This document shows, one piece after another, positions 10,054 through 19,245 of a DNA stretch of 64,000 nt. Made by a program: the position numbers and the translations under genes. The stretch's first letter is position 1; every line of letters starts with the position of its first letter. The notes below the pieces were generated by a model. That model was given only the letters and a program-made list of their open reading frames with translations, ran no database searches and was not told where the DNA came from. Location of the stretch: assembly GCA_965116495.1 (NCBI GenBank), contig OZ220696.1:1824001-1888000 (forward strand), in the 5' to 3' direction. This DNA comes from Gammaproteobacteria bacterium. GTDB lineage: Bacteria; Pseudomonadota; Gammaproteobacteria; Eutrophobiales; Eutrophobiaceae.

Positions 10054-10653
10054 ATGATGAGCGATACGGATCAGGTTAAGTGGGATCGGATTTATACAGA
10101 CGGCGCCGGGAAATCCGCCGACCCCTGTCACGTCCTGTCATCCCATGCCCATTTATTGCCTCCTGCCGGAGACGCTCTGGACCTGGCGTGCGGGCGAGGC
10201 GCCAATGCGCTTTACCTGGCCTCCCGGGGTTACGCTACCCGGGCCTGGGATATATCCGCAGTGGCTATTCAACGGCTGGCGGACCTGTCAAGGCAGCGCG
10301 GACTGCCGCTGGCGGCGCAACAACGTGACGTTACAGACGACCCCCCGGAACCGGCGTCGTTCGATATCATAGTCGTCAGCCGTTTCCTGGATCGGGACAT
10401 GGCCCCCGCCATCTGCGCGGCGCTGAGAGAACAGGGACTGCTGTTCTACCAGACCTTTCTCCAGGAGAAAGTATCCGATTTCGGTCCGCGCAACCCCGCA
10501 TACCGTCTGCAGGCCAACGAACTCCTGCACTTGTTCAGCCCCCTGCACCTGATCTACTACCATGAGGAAGGAAGCGTGGGCGATACCGGGCAGGGTTTCA
10601 GGAATGAAGCGATGCTGATTGCGCAAAAACGCAGATATTCGGGGTCAGAGTAA
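10054..10653 (+). CDS. Class I SAM-dependent methyltransferase (TehB-like)
   Basis: ALDLACGRGANA motif I. Confidence 0.85.
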   Translation: MMSDTDQVKWDRIYTDGAGKSADPCHVLSSHAHLLPPAGDALDLACGRGANALYLASRGYATRAWDISAVAIQRLADLSRQRGLPLAAQQRDVTDDPPEPASFDIIVVSRFLDRDMAPAICAALREQGLLFYQTFLQEKVSDFGPRNPAYRLQANELLHLFSPLHLIYYHEEGSVGDTGQGFRNEAMLIAQKRRYSGSE

Positions 10654-10683
10654 ATTCATCCCGGATGAATTTACTCTGACCCC
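10641..10683. repeat. GGGGTCAGAGTA-type palindromic repeat containing the methyltransferase stop codon
   Basis: Perfect 20-bp arms around a CCG loop. Confidence 0.85.
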
Positions 10684-10703
10684 GGGCGTTACAGGTATTA
10701 ATC

Positions 10704-11048
10704 ATGGATACGGCAAAACTCGAAGCGATGCTGGCCGGTGGCGAAGACAATGCCCTGCTGCGCTTCACCCTGGGTAATATACTGTTTCAACAGAAGGATT
10801 ATACAGGGGCTGAACCACACCTGGCCAGGGCCGTTGAACTCGACCCCGGTTATTCCGCAGCATGGAAAATATACGGCCGTACCCTGGGCGCCGCCGGGAA
10901 ACTTCCCGAGGCGCTCAGCGCGCTCAATCAGGGCATAGCGGTTGCTACGCAACGCGGCGACATCCAGGCGGTAAAAGAGATGAGTGTTTTTCTGCGCCGG
11001 TTTGAAAAGCAATCCGTTAAAGATTCATCCGCAGATGACGCAGATTAA
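10704..11048 (+). CDS. Tetratricopeptide repeat protein
   Basis: DNALLRFTLG, LDPGYSAAWKIYG and GDIQAVKEM patterns of small TPR proteins. Confidence 0.8.
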   Translation: MDTAKLEAMLAGGEDNALLRFTLGNILFQQKDYTGAEPHLARAVELDPGYSAAWKIYGRTLGAAGKLPEALSALNQGIAVATQRGDIQAVKEMSVFLRRFEKQSVKDSSADDAD

Positions 11049-11238
11049 CGCAGATGTTTTATTACAAATCCACTGGTGACACAGATAAGATATTTACGCC
11101 AGGCCGGGGACAGATTTGTGGACGTCCGAAGGACGCCCACAGGGTGTATGCCAGGGAAGGCGCACATTAAATGACTTTCCGGGGCAGGCTTCAACGACAC
11201 CCTGATATTATCTGCATCCATCTGCGTCATCTGCGGAT
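11027..11238. repeat. Inverted pair of 9-bp-periodic ATCCGCAGATGACGCAGATTAACGCAGAT repeats
   Basis: Left arm 11027-11055, right arm 11210-11238. Same family at 14584, 25559-25735 and 29641. Confidence 0.8.
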
Positions 11239-11256
11239 AGATCATTTGCGGATATA

Positions 11257-12207
11257 TCAGGTCTTAATCTTCAAAGTTCCTACCAGTTCCGCGACGTTGC
11301 CGATCCCGCGCTCATCCAGGTATTGCACGATACCGGTATTGATCGTTTTACATACCAGAGGGTCATAAAACAGTGCGGTACCGATACCTACGGCACTTGC
11401 GCCTGCCAGGATAAATTCCAGGGCGTCGTTTGCCGACGCGATCCCGCCCTGGCCGATTATCGGTATATTCTTCTCCCTGCATACCTGGTAGACCTGCCAG
11501 GTCTTGAGCAGCGCAATGGGTTTGATGGCCGGGCCGGATAATCCACCCTGGTTGGTGCCGATAACCGGTTCACCCCTGTCCAGGTCGACAGCCATACCCG
11601 TGACGGTGTTGATCACTGCCAGGGCATCACTGCCGGCGGCAATGCACCGGCGCGCATTCTCCACGATATCCGTCTGGTTCGGTGACAGTTTGGTGATTAT
11701 CGGTTTATCGGTCTCGCGCCGGCACGCTGCTACAACTTGCGCCGACATCTCCGGGTAATTGCCGAAACTGACGCCGCCTTCCTTGATATTCGGGCAGGAA
11801 ATATTCACCTCTATGGCATCGATGGGCGAGTCATTGAAAATCCGGGTTACTGCCGCGTATTCATCAACCGTGGAGCCGCATACATTGGCGATGAACCGGG
11901 TCTCGGAAAAATCCAGTTCCGGCAGGTATTTATCTACTACCTTCCTCGCGCCGGGATTTTGCAGTCCGATGGAATTCAACATACCCATCCAGGTTTCCGC
12001 AACACGGTGCGGGGGGTTGCCGAGGCGCGGCTCCAGCGTCGTTCCTTTCAGGCAGATGGCGCCGGCATCCCGGTTGGAAAACCCTTTAACCCGGGTATAT
12101 TCCTCGCCAAAACCGACACAGCCGGACAGTAAAACCAGCGGTGTGTTAAACTGCATCCCGCAGAAATCGGCCTTCAGTTTTTCACTGCCTGCAGATCCGT
12201 CACTCAT
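11257..12207 (-). CDS. pyrD: Dihydroorotate dehydrogenase, family 1
   Basis: MLNSIGLQNPG, EVNISCPN catalytic Cys, GGLSGPAIKPIAL. Confidence 0.9.
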   Translation of the reverse strand: MSDGSAGSEKLKADFCGMQFNTPLVLLSGCVGFGEEYTRVKGFSNRDAGAICLKGTTLEPRLGNPPHRVAETWMGMLNSIGLQNPGARKVVDKYLPELDFSETRFIANVCGSTVDEYAAVTRIFNDSPIDAIEVNISCPNIKEGGVSFGNYPEMSAQVVAACRRETDKPIITKLSPNQTDIVENARRCIAAGSDALAVINTVTGMAVDLDRGEPVIGTNQGGLSGPAIKPIALLKTWQVYQVCREKNIPIIGQGGIASANDALEFILAGASAVGIGTALFYDPLVCKTINTGIVQYLDERGIGNVAELVGTLKIKT

Positions 12208-12312
12208 TCTCAGGTAAATCTTGTATAATCATTATGCGTATTTTAACCCAAAAATTGCGTAATCCCGTAGCAGTCTGAAACTGAACATTATTAACTTCCT
12301 TCCGGATCAGAA

Positions 12313-13419
12313 ATGCCGCCAAGCAACAGCCATGCATTCGTAGAATTCTCCAGGGTCAGCAAGAGCTATGACGGGCAGACATTTTCAGTCCATGACTTCA
12401 GTCTGAGCGTTGACCGCGGCGAATTCGTTACCCTGCTCGGACCATCCGGGTCGGGCAAGACCACCTGCCTGAAGATGCTGGCCGGCTTTGAGGAACCCAG
12501 CAGCGGCGAAATCTGGCTGAATGACCGTCCCGTCAACCAGGTCAAGGCCTGGAAGAGAAACATCGGCGTCGTGTTTCAGCATTATGCCCTGTTCCCCCAC
12601 ATGACGATCGCTGAAAACCTCGCGTTCCCGTTGCAGGCGCGGCGCATCGCCAGGGACGAGATCGAACACAGCGTGATGCGGGCGCTGGACATGGTGCAGT
12701 TGCAGGACTTTGCCGCACGCCGCCCCGCACAATTGTCGGGCGGCCAGCAACAACGGGTTGCGATTGCCCGCGCCCTGGTATTTGAACCGGACCTGATACT
12801 GATGGACGAACCCCTGGGCGCCCTGGACCGGCGCCTGCGGGAAGAAATGCAGTACGAGATCCGGCGCCTGCAGCAACGCCTGGAAGTGACTATGATCTAC
12901 GTGACCCACGACCAGAATGAGGCCATGGTATTATCGGATCGGGTCGCGGTGATGGAACAGGGCCGAATCTGCCAGGTGGCTTCGCCGGAGGCCCTGTACG
13001 AGGAACCGCAGCGCCTGTTCGTGGCCAATTTTATCGGCGAGAACAATCAGGTGGAGGGGCGCATGGTGAACTGGAGCCCCGATGAGTGTGTGGTGGTGGT
13101 GGCCGGTCAAACTGTCAGGGCATTCCCTGTGGCCGTTGCCGAAAACGACGCGCAGACCTGTCTTACCATCCGTCCGGAAAGAGTGGCGCTGAACCCTACA
13201 CCAGACCTTTACCCCAATTGCTTTGAAGCAGAGGTGGAAGACATTATTTTCATGGGCGATCACCTGCGCATTCATGCGGTGCTGTTTGGCGGCAGCCAGT
13301 TTATCGTCAAGATCCCCAATATCATCGGTCATGGCGGAATCCTGCCGGGAGATACGGTTACACTGGGTTGGCTGGTCACCGATTGCCGGGCGCTGGACCT
13401 CAGTCAAATGGAGCCATAA
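12313..13419 (+). CDS. ABC transporter ATP-binding protein (PotA-like)
   Basis: Walker A GPSGSGKT, LSGGQQQR, DEPLGALD, TOBE domain. Confidence 0.92.
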   Translation: MPPSNSHAFVEFSRVSKSYDGQTFSVHDFSLSVDRGEFVTLLGPSGSGKTTCLKMLAGFEEPSSGEIWLNDRPVNQVKAWKRNIGVVFQHYALFPHMTIAENLAFPLQARRIARDEIEHSVMRALDMVQLQDFAARRPAQLSGGQQQRVAIARALVFEPDLILMDEPLGALDRRLREEMQYEIRRLQQRLEVTMIYVTHDQNEAMVLSDRVAVMEQGRICQVASPEALYEEPQRLFVANFIGENNQVEGRMVNWSPDECVVVVAGQTVRAFPVAVAENDAQTCLTIRPERVALNPTPDLYPNCFEAEVEDIIFMGDHLRIHAVLFGGSQFIVKIPNIIGHGGILPGDTVTLGWLVTDCRALDLSQMEP

Positions 13420-13473
13420 CCGTTACCGACCGGACTATAGTTTCGATATGAATAACAAACGGAGAAAACCATC

Positions 13474-14583
13474 ATGAAACCCATTAAGGCACTGACCACG
13501 TTGCGCTTCCTGCTGACAGGTATGGCCTGGGCCCTGACCCTGCCTGCCGGATCGCTTAGCGCGGAGGAACAATTCATTACCGTCGTATCCTGGGGCGGTT
13601 CCTATGCCAGGAGTTCCGTCAAGGCCTATCAGGAGCGCTTTATCGAGGAAACCGGCATCCGTATCAAGCTGGATGAATATAACGGCGGCCTCGCCCAGGT
13701 CAGGGCGCAGGCAGAAACCGGCAACGTGACCTGGGACGTGGTCGACATGGAGGCCGGTGATGCGCTGCTGGGTTGTGATGAGGGACTGCTGGAAACAATC
13801 GACTATGGAACCCTCACTCCGGCGCCGGACGGTACCCCTGCGACTGAGGATTTCCTTGATGTCTATAACGTGGAATGCGGTGCGAAAAACCTCGTCTACA
13901 GCACGGTGTACGCTTATAACGACACCCGGTTCCCCGGCAGCAAGCCGGCGACCATGGCTGACTTCTTCGACCTTGATAAATTTCCGGGACGCCGGGGGAT
14001 GCGCCGGGCGCCCAACGCCAACCTGGAATTTGCCTTGGTGGCAGACGGCGTACCGGCCGACCAGGTGTATGAAGTGCTGTCCACTGAGGAAGGTATTGCC
14101 CGTGCGCTGCGTAAACTGGACACAATCAAGAGTCAGGTCGTCTGGTGGGAGGCCGGCGCGCAGCCACCGCAGATGCTGGCCGACGGCGAGGTCGTCATGA
14201 GCACGGCCTTCAACGGACGTATTTTCAACGCCTGGGCCCTGGAAAATCAACCCCTGGTTATCGTCTGGGACGGCCAGTTGCTGGCGTTCGGCTACCAGGT
14301 CATTGTTGCCGGCACACCCAAGCTGGACCTGGCCCGGCAGTTTGTCGCGTTCGCCACCAGTACCGAGTCCCTGGCCAACCTGACCAGGTATATCTCCTAT
14401 GGTCCCCTGCGCCATTCATCCCTGGCGCTGGTGGACAAGCACCTGGAGACGGGTATCAAGATGGGACCGCACCTGCCCAATGCGCCGCAGAACATGTCCA
14501 ACGCAGTGCTGGAAGACCCGGAATGGTGGGCCGACAATCAGGACGAGATGAACGAACGCTTTGCTGCCTGGTTGACAAGATAA
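13474..14583 (+). CDS. ABC transporter substrate-binding protein (PotD-like)
   Basis: Signal peptide, VVSWGGSY, WDVVD, FPGRRG. Confidence 0.9.
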   Translation: MKPIKALTTLRFLLTGMAWALTLPAGSLSAEEQFITVVSWGGSYARSSVKAYQERFIEETGIRIKLDEYNGGLAQVRAQAETGNVTWDVVDMEAGDALLGCDEGLLETIDYGTLTPAPDGTPATEDFLDVYNVECGAKNLVYSTVYAYNDTRFPGSKPATMADFFDLDKFPGRRGMRRAPNANLEFALVADGVPADQVYEVLSTEEGIARALRKLDTIKSQVVWWEAGAQPPQMLADGEVVMSTAFNGRIFNAWALENQPLVIVWDGQLLAFGYQVIVAGTPKLDLARQFVAFATSTESLANLTRYISYGPLRHSSLALVDKHLETGIKMGPHLPNAPQNMSNAVLEDPEWWADNQDEMNERFAAWLTR

Positions 14584-14612
14584 ATCCGCAGATGACGCGG
14601 ATTAACGCAGAT
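14584..14612. repeat. Single GCAGAT-periodic repeat arm
   Basis: ATCCGCAGATGACGCGGATTAACGCAGAT between the binding-protein and permease genes. Confidence 0.75.
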
Positions 14613-14614
14613 GT

Positions 14615-15826
14615 ATGACCCCTTGTGTAGCAAAGATGGCGGGTAATGCCCGTGTCGGCGCCATGCTGCTGGCGCTGCCGCTGACGCTGTTCATCATCGT
14701 GACCTTTGTTGCGCCCCTGGGCAGCATGTTTTTACGCAGCTTGTACGATCCGCTGGTCGCCGAAATCATGCCCGAAACCATCGCTGCGCTGGGGGAATGG
14801 GACAGGACGGGCCTGCCATCGGAGCAGGTTTACGCACTGGCAGCCCGGGAACTTGTACAGGCGCGGACTGAGAAGACCATCGGCAAACTTGCAACCCGGC
14901 TGAACCGGGACGCGTCCGGGCTGCGCAGTGTGATCGTGCGGACCGGCAGAGGGTTGCAGCGCAAGGGGGAATCTCCCTGGTCCGAAGCCCTGCCGGACAT
15001 ACACCCGGCCTGGGGAGAACCGGAGATCTGGCAGACACTGGTGCGGACCGGCGCGCGGGTGACGCCCGTCTATTACCTGAATGCCATGGACCTGACGCTG
15101 GCCGGCGACGGCGGGATTGCCCGGCAACCGGAGCAGCGCCGTATCTATACGGCCCTTTTCATCAAGACCATCCGGGTCAGCCTGACCATCACCCTGCTGT
15201 GCCTGGTGATTGGCTACCCGGTCGCTTACCTCATTGCCCACTCTCCGCCCCGGCGGGGCCGCCTGCTGCTGGTGCTGGTGCTGGTGCCGTTCTGGACCTC
15301 GCTGCTGGTACGGACCACGTCCTGGATCGTGCTGTTGCAGCAACAGGGCGTGATCAACGACCTACTGGTCTGGTTAGGACTGGTCGCCGACGATCAAAGA
15401 CTGACACTGGTACACAACATGACCGGTACACTGGTAGCCATGACGCATGTGCTGCTGCCCTTCATGATCCTGCCGCTCTATTCAGTGATGAGAGGCATTC
15501 CCGCGGTACAGATGCAGGCCGCCGCGTCGTTGGGGGCCAGTTGGCCCAGGGCCTTCCGCCAGGTTTACCTGCCGCAGTCCCTGCCGGGCGTCGGCGCCGG
15601 CTGCCTGCTGGTATTCATCCTTGCCATCGGCTACTACATCACCCCGGCACTGGTAGGAGGGCAGAGCGGCCAGCTGATCTCCAATTTTATCGCCTATCAT
15701 ATACAGACCTCGCTGAACTGGGGGCTGGCCGCTGCGCTGGGGTGTGTCCTGTTTGTCGCCGTGCTGCTGTTGTTCCTGGTCTACGACCGCGTACTGGGCC
15801 TGGACCGGATGAGATTGGGGGCGTGA
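14615..15826 (+). CDS. ABC transporter permease (PotB-like)
   Basis: PFWTSLLVRT and AAASLGA (EAA loop). Confidence 0.9.
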   Translation: MTPCVAKMAGNARVGAMLLALPLTLFIIVTFVAPLGSMFLRSLYDPLVAEIMPETIAALGEWDRTGLPSEQVYALAARELVQARTEKTIGKLATRLNRDASGLRSVIVRTGRGLQRKGESPWSEALPDIHPAWGEPEIWQTLVRTGARVTPVYYLNAMDLTLAGDGGIARQPEQRRIYTALFIKTIRVSLTITLLCLVIGYPVAYLIAHSPPRRGRLLLVLVLVPFWTSLLVRTTSWIVLLQQQGVINDLLVWLGLVADDQRLTLVHNMTGTLVAMTHVLLPFMILPLYSVMRGIPAVQMQAAASLGASWPRAFRQVYLPQSLPGVGAGCLLVFILAIGYYITPALVGGQSGQLISNFIAYHIQTSLNWGLAAALGCVLFVAVLLLFLVYDRVLGLDRMRLGA

Positions 15827-15868
15827 CCGGGCAAACCGGCAGGCATGGCGGCAATGCGGATTGGTCCC

Positions 15869-16109
15869 AGCCTGCATTTCTTATCGGGGAATGCGATGAT
15901 TGCGCCGGATTTTTGCCGCCAGCGGGTGCCTGTGACCGAAAGCATAGTGGTTCTTCTGGTTGAGGGAGCACGTGCCCGCTGGCGGCAAAAAGACAAGCAA
16001 GGGCGCATCAAGCGCAGTCTGAAATATTGATATAGTGAGAAGATTACCATGTCATTGGCAGCAGATATGTTTCCAGTAGCAACAAGCGACCTGATGGGAA
16101 ATGCAGGCT
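15869..16109. mobile_element. Putative MITE (family B, copy 2)
   Basis: TIR AGCCTGCATTTC / GAAATGCAGGCT. Shares GGGCGCATCAAGCGCAG, AAAAAGACAAGC and ACAAGCGACCTG with 8270-8516. Confidence 0.7.
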
Positions 16110-16904
16110 AATCATTGGGCGTTACGTATATTCTGCGGCCTGGCGTTCCTGTTCCTGATCGCGCCGATCCTGGTTATTATTCCCCTGTCCTTTAACGCAG
16201 AACCCTATTTTACCTTTACCAGGGGCATGCTGGAATTGAACCCGGATGCTTATTCCCTGCGCTGGTATGAACAGGTTATCTTCGGTGAGCAATGGCGGAC
16301 CGCCGCGCTGAACACGGTCATCATCGGTTTTTCAGCAGCCGTCCTGGCGACGGTCCTGGGTACACTGGCAGCACTGGGCCTGTCCAGCCCGGCGCTACCC
16401 TGGCGCCGCCCTCTCACCGCGCTGCTGATTTCTCCCCTCATCGTACCCATTGTCATTACTGCCGCCGGCATGTTCTTCTTCTATTCCAGCCTGAACCTGA
16501 CACAGACCTACACCGCACTGATCCTGTCTCACGCGATCCTGGGGGCGCCGTTCGTGGTGATCACGGTGACTGCGTCCATGGCCGGTTTCAACCGCGAACT
16601 CCTGCTGGCGGCAACCAGTCTCGGCGCCGGACCGGCGTACAGCTTCTTCAGGGTGCAGCTACCTATTATCAGCCCGGGCGTCATCTCCGGCGCCCTGTTT
16701 GCTTTTGCCGCGTCACTTGACGAAGTGGTGATCGTACTGTTCATGGGTGGTATTGAGCAGCGTACCATTCCGCGGGAGATGTGGTCCGGCATACGCGAGG
16801 AGATCAGTCCGGCCATCCTGGCTGCCGCGACTTTCCTGATCCTGATTGCCGTACTGCTGCTGGTTGCCGTAGAACTGCTGCAACGTTCTTCTGACAGAAA
16901 ATAA
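16101..16904 (+). CDS. ABC transporter permease (PotC-like); ATG lies inside a MITE TIR
   Basis: YSLRWY, AATSLGA and SLDEVV motifs. Confidence 0.85.
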   Translation: MQANHWALRIFCGLAFLFLIAPILVIIPLSFNAEPYFTFTRGMLELNPDAYSLRWYEQVIFGEQWRTAALNTVIIGFSAAVLATVLGTLAALGLSSPALPWRRPLTALLISPLIVPIVITAAGMFFFYSSLNLTQTYTALILSHAILGAPFVVITVTASMAGFNRELLLAATSLGAGPAYSFFRVQLPIISPGVISGALFAFAASLDEVVIVLFMGGIEQRTIPREMWSGIREEISPAILAAATFLILIAVLLLVAVELLQRSSDRK

Positions 16905-16930
16905 CGGAGCTGACCCCCACTGACCATCAT

Positions 16931-16956
16931 GCCGGAGCAGGCTCCGGCGGCTTTTT
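16931..16956 (+). terminator. Possible terminator after the ABC operon
   Basis: GCCGGAGC-AG-GCTCCGGC hairpin followed by a T run. Confidence 0.45.
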
Positions 16957-16963
16957 GACTCTC

Positions 16964-16990
16964 TGGATTCCGGCTTTCGCCAGAATGACG
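16964..16990. repeat. CGTC-type REP
   Basis: TGGATTCCGGCTTTCGCCAGAATGACG. Family copies at 26328, 31745, 37740, 42124, 53361 and 59928. Confidence 0.8.
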
Positions 16991-16998
16991 AACGGTTA

Positions 16999-18000
16999 TT
17001 AACCCGTTTCTGGTTTGGGTTCCCGGGCCAGTAATTCATGTACCGCATCGTGCGGGGTGACCTTGCCGTCAATGACATTAAGGACTTGCCTGCTGATGGG
17101 CATGTCTACCGCGTATTTCCCGGCCAGTGCACAGACGACCCGGGTGGTATGCAAGCCTTCAACGGCCTGACCGATTTCCGCCATTGCCTGATCCGGGGTC
17201 TTGCCCCGAGCCAGGGCCAGGCCAAAACGCCTGTTGCGGGACTGGTCATCGGTGCAGGTCAGCGCCAGGTCGCCAAGACCGGCAAGACCCATGAAGGTGT
17301 CAACCCTGGCCCCCATCGCCTGGCCCAAGCGCATGATCTCAGCCAGTCCCCTGGACATCAACGCGGCCCGGGTGTTGGCGCCGTAGTGCAGACCGTCGGC
17401 AATGCCGGCAGCGATTGCCATGACGTTTTTTACCGCGCCTCCGACTTGCACACCGATAACATCGTCATGGGTATAGGTCCTGAACACCTTACAATGGAGC
17501 AGTGCTGAAAATTCAGCGGCAACAGACGGGTCCTGTGCGGCGATTGTCACCGCAGTCGGCAGGCCTTGCGCCACTTCCCGCGCGAACGACGGGCCGGACA
17601 ACACCGCGACGGGTACCCCGGGCAGGTATTTCTCCACCAGCACATGGTTCAATGACAGGGTGTTCGGCTCGATACCCTTGCAGGCCAGGCAAATCCTGAA
17701 ATTCCTCTCGGGCAGGGATTGCAACTCCGCCAGTACGTCCGTCAACCCGGCGCAAGGCACCACGATCAATACATGCCCTGCCCCTGCAGGCAACGGCGTA
17801 AACCGGGGGACAGTCGTCAACGCGTCAGGGAAAGAATGGCCGGGGAGATGGTGGTTGTTACACCTTTCCGCTCTCAGCTTTTCCACGTGTGAGGCCAAGC
17901 AATCCCACAGGTAGGTCCGGTGCCCGTTACGCGCCAGCACCAGGGCCAGCGCGGTCCCCCACGAACCGGCGCCGACAACCATAACCGGGCTAGCCTGCAT
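16999..18000 (-). CDS. gpsA: NAD(P)H-dependent glycerol-3-phosphate dehydrogenase
   Basis: GAGSWGTALA, LSGPSFA, GGAVKNV, TCTDDQSRNRRFG. Confidence 0.95.
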   Translation of the reverse strand: MQASPVMVVGAGSWGTALALVLARNGHRTYLWDCLASHVEKLRAERCNNHHLPGHSFPDALTTVPRFTPLPAGAGHVLIVVPCAGLTDVLAELQSLPERNFRICLACKGIEPNTLSLNHVLVEKYLPGVPVAVLSGPSFAREVAQGLPTAVTIAAQDPSVAAEFSALLHCKVFRTYTHDDVIGVQVGGAVKNVMAIAAGIADGLHYGANTRAALMSRGLAEIMRLGQAMGARVDTFMGLAGLGDLALTCTDDQSRNRRFGLALARGKTPDQAMAEIGQAVEGLHTTRVVCALAGKYAVDMPISRQVLNVIDGKVTPHDAVHELLAREPKPETG

Positions 18001-18017
18001 AGCTTACCAAACAAAGT

Positions 18018-18107
18018 AACGGGGTCAGGTCGCACATTGCACACGCAAATAAATGAGTGTTCAACTTAATCGACCTCTGCGTGTGCAATGTGCGACCTGA
18101 CCCCGTT
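18018..18107. repeat. Perfect 30-bp inverted repeat of the GGGGTCAG class
   Basis: AACGGGGTCAGGTCGCACATTGCACACGCA and its reverse complement with a 30-bp spacer. Confidence 0.85.
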
Positions 18108-18111
18108 GCTC

Positions 18112-18600
18112 TCAATGCTGTTTTTCCTTCTCGGCAGCCTGTTTCTGCTGGTGCTGCAAGTACAGGGCGTCAAAATTTACCGGCGCCAGCAGCAGTTGGG
18201 GGAATCCCGCCCGAACAACCAGATCGGATACCATTTCACGCGCATACGGAAACAGGATGTTCGGACACACAGTCGCCACCATGCGGCCGATGAGTTCCTT
18301 GGGAAAATCGGCCATGAGAAAAATACCGGCCTGCTGCACCTCCGCCAGGTAGATCGTCTTGTCTTCATGACTTACCGTTGCAGTGACGGACAGGGTCACT
18401 TCATACAGGTTCTCTCCCAGGTCATCAGCCGAGTTGGCAATGTCCATGTGAACGGACGGTCTCCATTGTTCCCGGAATACCTGTGGAGAGTTGGGAGTCT
18501 CCAGCGATACGTTCTTCACGTATATCTTCTGAATTTCAAATTGTCCGCGCTGGTTCGAACCTGTTGCTGCCGGTTGTTGATTTTCCTGCTCGTCTGCCAT
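18112..18600 (-). CDS. secB: Protein export chaperone SecB
   Basis: QKIYVKNVSLETP, CPNILFPYARE, LAPVNFDALY. Confidence 0.95.
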   Translation of the reverse strand: MADEQENQQPAATGSNQRGQFEIQKIYVKNVSLETPNSPQVFREQWRPSVHMDIANSADDLGENLYEVTLSVTATVSHEDKTIYLAEVQQAGIFLMADFPKELIGRMVATVCPNILFPYAREMVSDLVVRAGFPQLLLAPVNFDALYLQHQQKQAAEKEKQH

Positions 18601-18624
18601 CAGTTTTCTCCTTACTTCAAATGA

Positions 18625-19050
18625 TTAATCACGGGCGACCGGCAGGTTTGCGCTACGCCAGGACTCCAATCCACCCTTCAATGAATAGACCTTCTGGTAT
18701 CCGGCAATCTTCAGTATGCGCCCCGCCTTTATACCATCCGCATCGCGACCGCAACACAAAATTATGGGATTCGATTTGTGTTTTTGCAGTTCTTTCTTCC
18801 GCTCCTCCAACTCAGCGGCAGGGATACTGCGCGCACTCAGGATATGACCTGATGAGAAATCGGCAGCCGTGCGCAAATCGAGCAGCAGCGCTTTTTCATG
18901 GTTCATCAAACGCGTCACTTCCGCAGGATTGATCCGGGCAACACCGGATAACGAGGAGCCGAAGATATTCCATAACAGCAAAGCCAGGACGGCAACGAAC
19001 AAAGATACCAACCCCAGGTGATTGGCGATGAATTCTGGTAATCGTTCCAT
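18625..19050 (-). CDS. Rhodanese-like domain protein (YibN-like)
   Basis: N-terminal TM segment, GHI, LKGGLESW, and position upstream of secB. Confidence 0.85.
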   Translation of the reverse strand: MERLPEFIANHLGLVSLFVAVLALLLWNIFGSSLSGVARINPAEVTRLMNHEKALLLDLRTAADFSSGHILSARSIPAAELEERKKELQKHKSNPIILCCGRDADGIKAGRILKIAGYQKVYSLKGGLESWRSANLPVARD

Positions 19051-19245
19051 TCGGATAACAGTTTCCGGTTGTCGGATGACCGTGGATTATACAGGAATCA
19101 AAGGACAGTTTCTGCCGGATCCTCAGCGCGGCAGTTGCGCCATTCCCGCGCAGGCAAAGTCCCCTTTTCTCGTTATCGGTTCCCCGTTTCTGGTAGAATG
19201 CCGTTTTTTCCGACGGACAATATCCGATACGTATCTGCGGCAGCT

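Noticed and set aside
19069-19245. Long N-terminal extension of gpmI
   Set aside because: Family homology begins at MQLTHRPMVLIILDGWG. The extension crosses the divergent promoter region.
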